Below, piece after piece: positions 24,232-36,533 of a stretch of 64,000 nucleotides of DNA. The notes under the pieces are model-generated. The model saw nothing but the letters and a program-made list of their open reading frames with translations, searched no databases and was not told where the DNA came from. The position numbers and the translations under genes are program-made. The stretch's first letter is position 1; each line of letters begins with the position of its first letter. Source of the stretch: Eledone cirrhosa (taxonomy: Eukaryota); contig OZ024740.1 of NCBI GenBank assembly GCA_964016885.1, positions 420,670,001 to 420,734,000 of the forward strand. The letters run 5' to 3'.

Positions 24232-27200
24232 ATCATCATCATCATCATCATCAACGTTTAACGTCCGTGTTCCACGCTTGCATGGGTTTGGACGGGGGTA
24301 GTCCCACTTGAGGCAAGAGTGATTGTCTTGCTCGCATAGGACTGTCTGGCAGGTTTTCTACAGTTGGATGCCCTTCCTAACACCAACCACATTTACAGTG
24401 TGGGTCTGGGAGGTTTTTACCGTGTTGCCTACACGGCCACATTACAGCGTGGACTGTGTGTTTTTTTGTCGTGACACCTACACGATCTCATTTGTTTCGG
24501 CCTCGATGGCGCGGCACCAACATAACTTTACATAGAACGGGGTGGTGTGGATGGGGTGGGGGTGGGACGGGGTGTATTTTGTTAGAGATGCCTACTGGCT
24601 GGAGTAGGTTTTACTATATATTTAGGTAAGGCGGGTCTTCTCTGTTACTGAGTACCGCCAAAGGTCTCGGTCCAGTGACATTGTCTTGGAGAGGTGTAAG
24701 TGTGTGATGTCGGAGTTTATCAGCTCGTCCCAGGTTTTTCTAGGTCTGCCTATTCCGTGACTACCGTCTATCTTTATTGCCCTGCACTTTGTTATACAGC
24801 TATCGACTTTCATGCGCATCACGTGTCCATACCAACGTAGCCTTCTCTCGAGTAAACAACATCTGATCCCTCTAATCTCTAATTTTTTCCTTAGTTCGTT
24901 TATGCTTTGCCGTTCACGTATATTACTGTTACACATCCAGCGGAGCATGCAAGCTTCGTTCCTCTCTAGTCTGCGTATATCCTCTGCACACAATGCCCAG
25001 GTCTCACTGCCATGCAGCATTGCTGTTCGTATGCAGGCATCGTACAACCTGCCTTTCATTTTTAGTGAGAACCCTTTAGCAGCTAATAGTGGTATAAGCT
25101 CTCTGAACTTTTTCCAACCAGTTCTGACTCTAGCTACAGTACTTTCAGAGCACCCTCCCCCACTGCTGATTTTATCGCCCAGGTAACGGAAGCTGTCCAC
25201 TATTTCTATAGAACCCTCTGCACAATTGAAAGAGCTAGTATTTTGTGGGCACTTGCTGCTACTTATTGCACCAGAGCACCGGCCACATGTAAAATCTATG
25301 TTCTTAGTTAGCTTACCTGTGATCCCACTACATCTTTTATGCACCCATACTTTGCATTTAGGACATAAAATGGAGTTTCTACCTACGCCTTTCCTACACA
25401 CCGAGCACGACCATTTCCCAGAAGGGACCGCCGCCTTGTTTTCTTTCCTACAAACTAGTACTTTGGTCTTAGCCAGGTTAATTTTAAGTCCTTTTGACTC
25501 TAGGCCATGCTTCCATGTTTGGAATTTCTTCTCTAGCTCGGCCATTGATTCCGCTATGAGTGTCAGGTCGTCTGCGTATAGGAGTTCCCATGGGCAGCCT
25601 GTCTTGAACTCCTCTGTTATAGCCTGAAGGGCAATAATAAATAGTAGTGGGCTGAGAACAGAGCCTTGATGGACGCCAACTTTTACGCTAAACTCTTCAC
25701 TATATTCGTTGTTAATTCTAACCTTGCTGACTGTTTCTTTATACATGGCTTGTATAGCCCTCACAAGCCATTCGTCAACGCCTAGTTTTCTAAGAGCCCA
25801 CCAGATAATGGAGCGGGGGACTCTGTCGAAGGCTTTCTCCAAGTCGACAAAAGCTAAGTAGAGGGGTTTACCTTTAGCTAGGTACTTCTCCTGTAGTTGT
25901 CGTACTATGAAAAGAGCGTCTGTGGTACTTTTGCCTGACACAAACCCGAACTGCATTTCATCTAGGTCAATTCTCTCTCTGATTAGTTGCGCTATTACTT
26001 TTTCGGTGACCTTCATGACCTGGTCGATTAATTTAATGCCTCTATAGTTACTCCTATCTAGGGCGTCTCCTTTACCCTTATAACAGTTAACGATGATGCT
26101 GCTATGCCAGTCCTTCGGAACAACCCCATTCTGTACGACTTGGTTAACTATGCGGGTGACCATGGTGTGTCCCACCGTGCCGGATGCCTTCAGCATCTCA
26201 GCAACTATTTCCGAAGGCCCAGCCGCCTTACCCGTCTTCATATCCTTGATTGCCTTACTTATTATACTCCCCTCGACTAACACTGCTGGTCCCTCTATTG
26301 GGTCGATATGGGGGAGACTGTCTTTCTCCCATTTATTCTCCTCATTTAGTAGCCTTTCATAGTGACACTTCCAAGCTACCTTCTTATCAGCGTCAGTGAT
26401 GGCAAGTGTGCCATCGTCGTTTAGTACACACTTCTCCCCGACAATATCACGGTTTTCCTTGACGCATTGCCTAGCAATCCTGAACACCTCACGTTTTTGG
26501 TCATCGCGTTGTAGAACATGCTTGAACTTTCTTTCCTCAGCTTCCCTTCTTGCTAAGTACACTTGTCTCCTAGCTTCCCTCCTGGCCACTTGATAGTCCT
26601 CTCTACTTCCCCCATCCCGCCATACTTTCCAAGCCTGCTTTTTGGCCTTAATTGACCCCTCCACCTTACTGTTCCACCACCATGTTACTCTCCTCCTGCC
26701 TACAGGCCTGCTCCAGCCACAGACTTCGTCTGTCGCCAACAGCAGGTTTGCTTTCAGAAATTCCCACTCTCCCTCTATATTGTCCGACTCTAAATGTTCT
26801 TCCTTACTGTCGAAAGCATCAAGTAATATGCTTTGAAATTTATTCCTGGCTGTGGGGTCCTTTAGCTTCCATATTTTTCTCCTGAGGATAGTCCTCTTCT
26901 GCTGTCGAGTACGTCTCGTCCTGACTATGAGGTCGCTAATTATCAGTCTATGTTGGGAGGTGCATTCTTCATGGGGGAGGGATTTAGTGTTTACAACAGA
27001 CACTCTGTCACGTCTTCTGGTAAGGATATAATCTACCTGGCTTGTGTGTTCCCCGGATCTATAGGTGATCAGGTGATTGTCACGTTTTTTGAAGTTAGTG
27101 TTACAGATAGTTAGGTTATTTGCATCACAGAATTCCAGGATTCTGGAGCCTTCCTCATTTCTAGTACCGAACCCATAGCCTCCATGGATTTCGTCGTAGC

Positions 27201-27760
27201 CGTCACAATGTTGTCCAACGTGACCATTTAGGTCGCCTGCGATAATTATATAGTCACTGTCGGATATTTGGGAGGTAGTTAGCATCAGTGTCTCATAGAA
27301 TCTGTCTTTTATAGTGCCGGGCAGTCCAGATTGGGGTGCGTACGCAGATATTACTGTCACCGTAGTTCTATTGAGGACAAGTCGTATTTTAATTATTCTG
27401 TCGTTCACTCCATTTACGTCTATTATCTTATCTACCCACTTTTCTGCTACCATGATTCCTACTCCACCCAGCCCATCGTCGTTTCCCACCCAGAAAAGCT
27501 TATAACATCGTTTTTTACCCTCAATGAACCTAGCAGACCCACCCCTCCACCTGGTCTCTTGAATACAACAAACATCGACCTCCTTACGTTCAAGCATTTC
27601 TACAACCTCGTTAGCGCGACCCTTTAGGGTGCCTACATTTATGGTACCAACTCTGAAGTTTTGGATTGCGTTTGGGGGTTGGGGGCGGGGGGCGATGGGG
27701 TTATGTTAGCCGTCCGCGGTCGAAACAATGAGGAGTGCTCGCATTCTCGTCCAAGAGGTG
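24232..27760 (-). mobile_element. Near full-length RTE-clade LINE inside a DDAH intron
   Basis: Uninterrupted EN-RT ORF, 3' UTR with 48-bp-like repeats, (ATG)n tail at 24232-24252. The 5' end and TSD could not be fixed. Confidence 0.93.
24622..27597 (-). CDS. RTE ORF2: APE endonuclease + reverse transcriptase + PHD-like Cys cluster (991 aa from the first ATG; frame open to 27705)
   Basis: CIQETRW, GDLNGH, QVDYIL, NYRGIKL, FVDLEKAFDRV, GVHQGSVLSPLLF, LYADD, CSVC..CPKC..HKRC..CGRC, RLRWYGHV. Confidence 0.93.
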   Translation of the reverse strand: MLERKEVDVCCIQETRWRGGSARFIEGKKRCYKLFWVGNDDGLGGVGIMVAEKWVDKIIDVNGVNDRIIKIRLVLNRTTVTVISAYAPQSGLPGTIKDRFYETLMLTTSQISDSDYIIIAGDLNGHVGQHCDGYDEIHGGYGFGTRNEEGSRILEFCDANNLTICNTNFKKRDNHLITYRSGEHTSQVDYILTRRRDRVSVVNTKSLPHEECTSQHRLIISDLIVRTRRTRQQKRTILRRKIWKLKDPTARNKFQSILLDAFDSKEEHLESDNIEGEWEFLKANLLLATDEVCGWSRPVGRRRVTWWWNSKVEGSIKAKKQAWKVWRDGGSREDYQVARREARRQVYLARREAEERKFKHVLQRDDQKREVFRIARQCVKENRDIVGEKCVLNDDGTLAITDADKKVAWKCHYERLLNEENKWEKDSLPHIDPIEGPAVLVEGSIISKAIKDMKTGKAAGPSEIVAEMLKASGTVGHTMVTRIVNQVVQNGVVPKDWHSSIIVNCYKGKGDALDRSNYRGIKLIDQVMKVTEKVIAQLIRERIDLDEMQFGFVSGKSTTDALFIVRQLQEKYLAKGKPLYLAFVDLEKAFDRVPRSIIWWALRKLGVDEWLVRAIQAMYKETVSKVRINNEYSEEFSVKVGVHQGSVLSPLLFIIALQAITEEFKTGCPWELLYADDLTLIAESMAELEKKFQTWKHGLESKGLKINLAKTKVLVCRKENKAAVPSGKWSCSVCRKGVGRNSILCPKCKVWVHKRCSGITGKLTKNIDFTCGRCSGAISSSKCPQNTSSFNCAEGSIEIVDSFRYLGDKISSGGGCSESTVARVRTGWKKFRELIPLLAAKGFSLKMKGRLYDACIRTAMLHGSETWALCAEDIRRLERNEACMLRWMCNSNIRERQSINELRKKLEIRGIRCCLLERRLRWYGHVMRMKVDSCITKCRAIKIDGSHGIGRPRKTWDELINSDITHLHLSKTMSLDRDLWRYSVTEKTRLT

Positions 27761-27996
27761 AATTTGTCTTTATCTGATTTGCTATGTATCTGACAATATG
27801 GAAGGTTGTCTGGTATGGTCATATAACCCACCACAAATCCTTGTCTGAAACCATTCTCTAGGGCACAGTTATAGCATTGGTAATGGAGGACATATGACCA
27901 CAGTATGATCATATGTCCAACACCATTGCTATAACTGTTAAAAGTAATATATAAACTGTGCTATTATTGATGGTTGTTTTAATATTTAGTTGTTTG

Positions 27997-30212
27997 GAAA
28001 GTACAGCAATGAAAGTACCAGTTATGTGGTCTGTTGGACTGTCATAGAGAAGTGGTAAGTCTATAGAAAGTACAGCAATGAAAGTACCAATTATGTGGTC
28101 TGTTAGACTGTCATAGAGAAGTGGTAAGTCTATTGAAAGTACCAGTTATGTGGTCTGTTGGACTGTCATAGAGGGGTGGTAAACCTATAGAAAGTACAGC
28201 AATGAAAGTACCAGTTATGTGGTCTGTTGGACTGTCATAGAGAGGTGGTAAGTCTATAGAAAGTACAGCAATGAAAGTACCAGTTATGAGGTCTGTTAGA
28301 CTGTCATAGAGAAGTGGTAAGTCTATAGAAAGTACAGCAATGAAAGTACCAGTTATGTGGTCTGTTGGACTGTCATAGAGAGGTGGTAAGTCTATTGAAA
28401 GTACCAGTTATGTGGTCTGTTAGACTGTCATAGAGAGGTGGTAAGTCTATAGATAGTATAGCAATGAAAGTACCAGTTATGTGGTCTGTTGGACTGTCAT
28501 AGAGGGGTGGTAAGTCTATAGAAAGTACAGCAATGAAAGTACCAGTTATGTGGTCTGTTGGACTGTCATAGAGAGGTGGTAAGTCTATAGAAAGTACAGC
28601 AATGAAAGTACCAGTTATGTGGTCTGTTGGACTGTCATAGAGAGGTGGTAAGTCTATAGAAAGTACAGCAATGAAAGTACCAGTTATGTGGTCTGTTGGA
28701 CTGTCATAGAGAGGTGGTAAGTCTATAGAAAGTACAGCAATGAAAGTACCAGTTATGTGGTCTGTTGGACTGTCATAGAGAGGTGGTAAGTCTATAGAAA
28801 GTACAGCAATGAAAGTACCAGTTATGTGGTCTGTTAGACTGTCATAGAGAGGTGGTAAGTCTATAGAAAGTACAGCAATGAAAGTACCAGTTATGTGGTC
28901 TGTTGGACTGTCATAGAGAGGTGGTAAGTCTATTGAAAGTACAGCAATGAAAGTACCAGTTATGTGGTCTGTTGGACTGTCATAGAGGGGTGGTAAGTCT
29001 ATAGAAAGTACAGCAATGAAAGTACCAGTTATGTGGTCTGTTGGACTGTCATAGAGAGGTGGTTAGTCTATAGAAAGTACAGCAATGAAAGTACCAGTTA
29101 TGTGGTCTGTTGGACTGTCATAGAGAGGTGGTAAGTCTATAGAAAGTACAGCAATGAAAGTACCAGTTATGTGGTCTGTTAGACTGTCATAGAGAGGTGG
29201 TAAGTCTATAGAAAGTACAGCAATGAAAGTACCAGTTATGTGGTCTGTTGGACTGTCATAGAGGGGTGGTAAGTCTATAGAAAGTACAGCTATGAAAGTA
29301 CCAGTTATGTGGTCTGTTGGACTGTCATAGAGAGGTGGTAAGTCTATTGAAAGTACAGCAATGAAAGTACCAGTTATGTGGTCTGTTAGACTGTCATAGA
29401 GAGGTGGTAAGTCTATAGATAGTACAGCAATGAAAGTACCAGTTATGTGGTCTGTTGGACTGTCATAGAGAGGTGGTAAGTCTATAGAAAGTACAGCAAT
29501 GAAAGTACCAGTTATGTGGTCTGTTAGACTGTCATAGAGAGGTGGTAAGTCTATAGAAAGTACAGCAATGAAAGTACCAGTTATGTGGTCTGTTGGACTG
29601 TCATAGAGAGGTGGTAAGTCTATTGAAAGTACCAGTTATGTGGTCTGTTAGACTGTCATAGAGGGGTGGTAAGTCTATAGAAAGTACAGCAATGAAAGTA
29701 CCAGTTATGTGGTCTGTTGGACTGTCATAGAGAGGTGGTAAGTCTATAGAAAGTACAGCAATGAAAGTACCAGTTATGTGGTCTGTTGGACTGTCATAGA
29801 GAGGTGGTAAGTCTATAGAAAGTACAGCAATGAAAGTACCAGTTATGTGGTCTGTTAGACTGTCATAGAGAGGTGGTAAGTCTATAGAAAGTACAGCAAT
29901 GAAAGTACCAGTTATGTGGTCTGTTGGACTGTCATAGAGAGGTGGTAAGTCTATAGAAAGTACAGCAATGAAAGTACCAGTTATGTGGTCTGTTGGACTG
30001 TCATAGAGAGGTGGTAAGTCTATAGAAAGTACAGCAATGAAAGTACCAGTTATGTGGTCTGTTAGACTGTCATAGAGGGGTGGTAAGTCTATAGAAAGTA
30101 CAGCAATGAAAGTACCAGTTATGTAGTCTGTTAGACTGTCATAGAGAGGTGGTAAGTCTATAGATAGTACAGCAATGAAAGTACCAGTTATGTGGTCTGT
30201 TGGACTGTCATG
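27997..30212. repeat. 69-bp minisatellite, ~32 copies, with 55-bp deletion variants
   Basis: Unit gaaagtacagcaatgaaagtaccagttatgtggtctgttggactgtcatagagaggtggtaagtctata. Confidence 0.97.
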
Positions 30213-30729
30213 ATAGAAAAAAAAAGAGAAAAATGATTAACAAGATAGTTAACCTAATTTGCTTATCTAGTGAGATGGAACTCGTCAAATTAGACCAAGG
30301 AAACAATGTTTCCATTGGTCTTTCCATTTCTGATACTATCTACCAGTCACAACTCCTGGCAGAAGGAGCAACATGAAATAAAGTGTTTTGCTGAAGGACA
30401 TAACAAATCACCTGGCCCAGGAATCAAACTCACAACCTCACAATAGTGAATCTAAGCCTCTCACCTTCACAACTTGATTGCCATAGAGAGGCCATAAATT
30501 CATGGAAAGCACAGCTTGCAATGCAAGTTGCAGTTATGTCATTTCAATTTACATACTTTACAACCAAAATTCTGTCCATAGTTAACAGCTTCTATTGGGA
30601 ATTATACTTGACATATTGAGTACTTGACATACTGTGAATTGTACTTGACATAGCATAGAGATAAAACCTCCGTTGCTTACCTGACAGTCTCACTTAGTCA
30701 CAGAACAGTAACATAGCAGAAAAGATATC

Positions 30730-33670
30730 CACCATCACTACCAACATAACACTATGACCACCATCACCAACATAACATTACCACTATGACCACCATCACC
30801 AACATAACACTACCACTATGACCACCATCACCAACATAACACTACCACTATGACCACCATCACCAACATAACACTACCACTATGACCACCACCACCAACA
30901 TAACACTACCACTATGACCACCACCACCAACATAACACTACCACTATGACCACCACCACCAACATAACACTACCACTATGACCACCACCACCACCACCAC
31001 CATAACACTACCACTATGACCACCATCACCAACATAACACTACCACTATGACCACCATCACCAACATAACACTACCACTATGACCACCATCACCAACATA
31101 ACACTACCACTATGACCACCACCACCAACATAACACTACCACTATGACCACCACCACCAACATAACACTACCACTATGACCACCACCACCACCACCACCA
31201 TAACACTACCACTATGACCACCATCACCAACATAACACTACCACTATGACCACCATCACCAACATAACACTACCACTATGACCACCACCACCACCATAAC
31301 ACTACCACTATGACCACCACCACCACCACCACCATAACACTACCACTATGACCACCATCACCAACATAACACTACCACTATGACCACCACCACCACCACC
31401 ACCATAACACTATCACTATGACCACCATCACCAACATAACACTACCACTATGACCACCACCACCAACATAACACTACCACTATGACCACCACCACCACCA
31501 CCAACATAACACTACCACTATGACCACCACCACCAACATAACACTACCACTATGACCACCACCACCACCAACATAACACTATCACTATGACCACCACCAC
31601 CACCATAACACTACCACTATGACCACCACCACCAACATAACACTACCACTATGACCACCACTACCACCACCATCACCAACATAACACTACCACTATGACC
31701 ACCACCACCAACATAACACTACCACTATGACCACCACTACCACCACCAACATAACACTACCACTATGACCACCACCACCAACATAACACTACCACTATGA
31801 CCACCACCACCAACATAACACTACCACTATGATCACCACCACCAACATAACACTACCACTATGACCACCACTACCACCACCAACATAACACTACCACTAT
31901 GACCACCACCACCACCATAACACTACCACTATGACCACCACCACCACCACCAACATAACACTATGACCACCATCACCAACATAACACTACCACTATGACC
32001 ACCATCACCAACATAACACTACCACTATGACCACCATCACCAACATAACACTACCACTATGACCACCACCAACATAACACTACCACTATGACCACCATCA
32101 CCAACATAACACTACCACTATGACCACCACCACCAACATAACACTACCACTATGACCACCACCACCACCACCACCAACATAACACTATGACCACCATCAC
32201 CACCATAACACTACCACTATGACCACCACCACCAACATAACACTACCACTATGACCACCACCACCAACATAACACTACCACTATGACCACCACCACCAAC
32301 ATAACACTACCACTATGACCACCACCACCAACATAACACTACCACTATGACCACCACCACCAACATAACACTACCACTATGACCACCATCACCAACATTA
32401 ACACTACCACTATGACTACCACTATGACCACCACCACCACCACCAACATAACACTATGACCACCATCACCACCATAACACTACCACTATGACCACCATCA
32501 CCAACATAACACTACCACTATGATCACCACCACCAACATAACACTACCACTATGACCACCACCACCAACATAACACTACCACTATGACCACCACCACCAA
32601 CATAACACTACCACTATGACCACCACCACCAACATAACACTACCACTATGACCACCACCACCAACATAACACTACCACTATGACCACCACCACCAACATA
32701 ACACTACCACTATGACCACCACCACCAACATTAACACTACCACTATGACCACCACCCCCAACATAACACTACCACTATGACCACCACCACCAACATAACA
32801 CTACCACTATGACCACCACCACCAACATAACACTACCACTATGACCACCACCCCCAACATAACACTACCACTATGACCACCACCACCAACATAACACTAC
32901 CACTATGACCACCACCACCAACATTAACACTACCACTATGACCACCACCCCCAACATAACACTACCACTATGACCACCACCACCAACATAACACTACCAC
33001 TATGACCACCACCCCCAACATAACACTACCACTATGACCACCACCACCAACATAACACTACCACTATGACCACCACCACCAACATAACACTACCACTATG
33101 ACCACCACCCCCAACATAACACTACCACTATGACCACCACCACCAACATAACACTACCACTATGACCACCACCACCAACATTAACACTACCACTATGACC
33201 ACCATCACCAACATAACACTACCACTATGACCACCATCACCAACATTAACACTACCACTATGACCACCACCCCCAACATAACACTACCACTATGACCACC
33301 ACCACCACCAACATAACACTACCACTATGACCACCACCACCAACATAACACTACCACTATGACCACCATCACCAACATTAACACTACCACGGTGACCACC
33401 ACCAGCACTACCATCACCAACATTAACACTACCACCATCACCAACATTAACACTACCACGGTGACCACCACCAGCACTACCATCACCAACATTAACACTA
33501 CCACCACCACCAACATTAACACTACCACGGTGACCACCACCAGCACTACCATCACCAACATTAACACTATTACCATCAACAACACCAATGCTACCACTAT
33601 CACCATCAACAACACCAATGCTACCACTATCACCATCAACAACACCACCACCAACAAAACACTACCACTA
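30730..33670. repeat. ~32-bp (ACC)n-derived minisatellite
   Basis: Unit accaccaccaccaacataacactaccactatg with variable ACC number, decaying to simple (ACC/AAC)n at the right end. Confidence 0.95.
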
Positions 33671-34076
33671 TGTGTGACAAGACACTACGAGGGCCCACCA
33701 AAATACATCCTAATCTAGAAAAGCAGACATAAAAGGACTTGAAAAGATGAAAAGTGAAAAGTAAAAATTAATTCCGACAGGATTTGAACTTAGTTTTTCT
33801 TTTTTCTCTTTATCAATCTATTACTTCTGTCACACCTTTACATCCTTAAATATTGGTTTCTGGTTTAGGTACAAGGCCAGCAAATTTTTGGGGGAGGGGA
33901 AAGTTGATTAAATTGACCCCAGCGCATTACTGGTACTTTATTTTATCGACCCAATAAGGATGAAAGGCAAAGTTAACCTCGGTGGGATTTCAACTTAGAA
34001 CGTAAAGGGCCGTAACTCTATGCTGAAAAGCATATTGTTTGACACTCTACTGATACCGCCAATCTACTTCCCTTAA

Positions 34077-34294
34077 CCCTTTAGTATTTAAACCGGCTGA
34101 ATCCAGCCAGAATTCTCTCACCTCTCCCTGTTCAAACCAGCCGTAACTGGCTGCTCATCCAACATTAAGGTATTATTCTCAAAATAAATGATATCAAAAT
34201 CTCATAGATTCTATGTTATGAGATAATTATGTGAAATAAAGTATTTACTGCGAAAATACAATAGTATATATAGAGTAATGTAAATGCTAAAGAG
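34077..34294. mobile_element. piggyBac-type MITE
   Basis: TTAA|CCCTTTAGTATTTA ... TAAATGCTAAAGAG|TTAA. A diverged inverted family member lies at ~14176-14375. Confidence 0.65.
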
Positions 34295-34483
34295 TTAAAT
34301 AATGAATTCTAACAAAGTAGAAGACATTTTGAAAATGGAGTATAGTTGATTTAATCGACCTCACCTCACAGAATGAAAGGCAAACTTAAAGTTAATTATA
34401 TTAAAATTATACTGAATAAATCAATATTAAAAATAATAAATGAACAAAAAGATTTTGTTCCTTTCAATTATTTTTCATCTTAC

Positions 34484-34677
34484 CAAAAAGAGAGCTTTTG
34501 ATTCAGCACTCTTACCAATAACAACAACTTCTCTTCCAGCCATTGAAATCAAATTCTTCAGATGTAGTTTACTACTTAGATCTAGTGAGATAACAGAATA
34601 ATCTTCATAAAGGCGCGCCACTGCCATTGCTCCAGCTTCATTTGTGTTCTGACCAATGCCAACAAATATTTCTTTGC
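34484..34677 (-). CDS. DDAH: DDAH-family (amidinotransferase fold) internal exon, 194 bp, carrying the catalytic His motif
   Basis: Manual translation: (G)KEIFVGIGQNTNEAGAMAVARLYEDYSVISLDLSSKLHLKNLISMAGREVVVIGKSAESKALFL. It aligns by eye with human DDAH1 [65 protein letters not shown]. Acceptor tttcattttag, donor gtaaga, phase 1 in and phase 0 out. Confidence 0.93.
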
Positions 34678-34744
34678 CTAAAATGAAAGATAAAAGATCT
34701 TAATATATAAAATACCAAGTTGTGTCAGGTTTTTTTTTTTCTAT

Positions 34745-35357
34745 AATAATAATGAAATTATTGTGTACAGTGCTTAGGTGTACTACAACTCATCAAAGGT
34801 GCATGTATAGTACATAGAATAATTGTTTCTACTTTAGGCACAAGGCCAGCAATTACCCAGTGCATTACTGGTACTTTATTTTATCGACCCCGTAAGGATG
34901 AAAGGCAAAGTCTACCTCGGCGGGATTTGAACTCAGATCGTAAAGGGACGTAACTATGCTGGAAAGCATGGCGTCCGACCCTCTACCGATACTGCCAATC
35001 CACCACCATTAGTACATAGAATAATGTACAAATGTCAGGGAAGTGAATAGTGTATGAGTCATAATATACATGTGTGTGTGTGTGTGTGTGTATGGAGGGG
35101 GAATATCAGGTGTAGTTTTGGCGAATCTCAGGAAGCATGGAGGTTTTAAAGGATGCAGTATCTCGACAGCTAACAACTGATGCAGGTAGTTTGTTCCATG
35201 CTTCAGCAACTCTGAGCATGAAAAAATGTTTCCGAAAGTCATGGGAGCTGTGCTGTTTTCTGACTTTGTAGGCATGCCCACGTGTGTTAGACACATGGAA
35301 ATCAAAAAGTTACTAAGGGTTGTTGTTGGCAAGATGGTTAATAATTTTGTGGGTGTT
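34745..35357 (-). mobile_element. CR1-like LINE 3' end with a nested SINE
   Basis: Same family as 6376-7112 (NTRGHAYK...WNKLP), split by the SINE at 34824-35009. Confidence 0.85.
34824..35009 (-). mobile_element. tRNA-derived SINE (Meta-domain-like) with 16-bp target-site duplication
   Basis: A-box TGGCAGTATCGG, B-box GAGTTCAAATCC, core gcctttcatccttacggggtcgataaaataaagtaccag. TSD tagtacatagaataat at 34808-34823 and 35010-35025. Confidence 0.88.
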
Positions 35358-36533
35358 TACCAAAAGTGGTTCCCTGACTTTCTGTGATGCTGGAAGTAGA
35401 AATCAATAACTGTGGTAATTGGGAGGGGAGTAATATTATAAAATGTTGTAGATAGGTGGGAGTTTGGAAGTGAACAGTTTGTGAGACAAAGAAGAGTTAG
35501 AGAGGGGTGGAAATAAATGAGAGAGAGAGACAGATGATGCAAGTAATATAGAGGTATAGAGAAACAAAATCAACTCCAGTACTGGACTGATAATTTCTTA
35601 TCGATAATTTTGGTCAGTATTTCAATGATTTTTGTATTTGTCTTGAAAATATTATAAAATTCTCAATTTCCTTCTGAGAAAAAAAAAGAAAAAAAAAATT
35701 TTTTTTTTGTACTAAAAATATTTTCTTTCTGACCAATGGTCAATAAATCCCAACTGTATAATGAATAATTAACTAATTATTAAAAAGATGACAGGCATAG
35801 TTGATCTTGGTGGGATTTTAACTCTGAAAGCAGACATCCAGAACAAATACCACAAACCATTCTATCCAACATTCTAACTCTGTCAATTTGCTCCCACAAA
35901 TGCAACAGACAAACCACTAAGTTTTCTACCTGAAGAATAATTATCAGGTAATAATTATTCACTTCTTGAGTCAAGCATTGCTTTTACTAATGGCTAGAAT
36001 ATATGTGACTCGTCATACCTGCATACTCATGAATTTCTCCACTAACTGGAGTAATTATGTCAACCCATTGTCGAATTAATAGCCAATCATCTGAGAAGCC
36101 ACTGGTGTTTATGACACCGAGGTCATCTAATTCAACTGATGTTTGTCTCATGAGCTACTACTTAACGTGAGACAAACAATCAATTATTATTCCATCTATA
36201 GAAATATTTGGTTTAATTTGTTTAACTCAACAGACACCAGGTTTCAGCCACAACTCTATGGAATTTTGTGGTTCGTAAGATAAGCTATGTAAATTTTATA
36301 AAAGATGGAAAAAGTAACAAGAGTATTCTTTCTAATAAATATTCTACATTTCTGATAAATAAATTATTTTTTCATAATTTTATAATTTTTATGGATGGCA
36401 CAAACCTACAAATTTGACAGATGAGTATGGTCAATTCAACTGATCCCAGTATTTGACTGGTACTTTATTTTATTGCCGTGGGAGGATACAGGGCAAAAGT
36501 GACCTTAATGGAATTTAAACTCAGGAATTAAAG

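Noticed and set aside
27700-27770. Possible HDV-like ribozyme at the RTE 5' end (tcctcat loop and GCTAA on the minus strand)
   Set aside because: The nested double pseudoknot could not be completed. It is kept only as a test suggestion.
33325-33718. Thr-rich mucin-like and Val-rich ORFs
   Set aside because: They are the decayed edge of the (ACC)n minisatellite, with no splice or homology support.
34510-34520. Strong-looking donor G|gtaaga inside the DDAH exon
   Set aside because: It gives phase 1, which is incompatible with the phase-0 next exon, and it truncates the conserved GKSAESKAL segment. The donor at 34483 fits.
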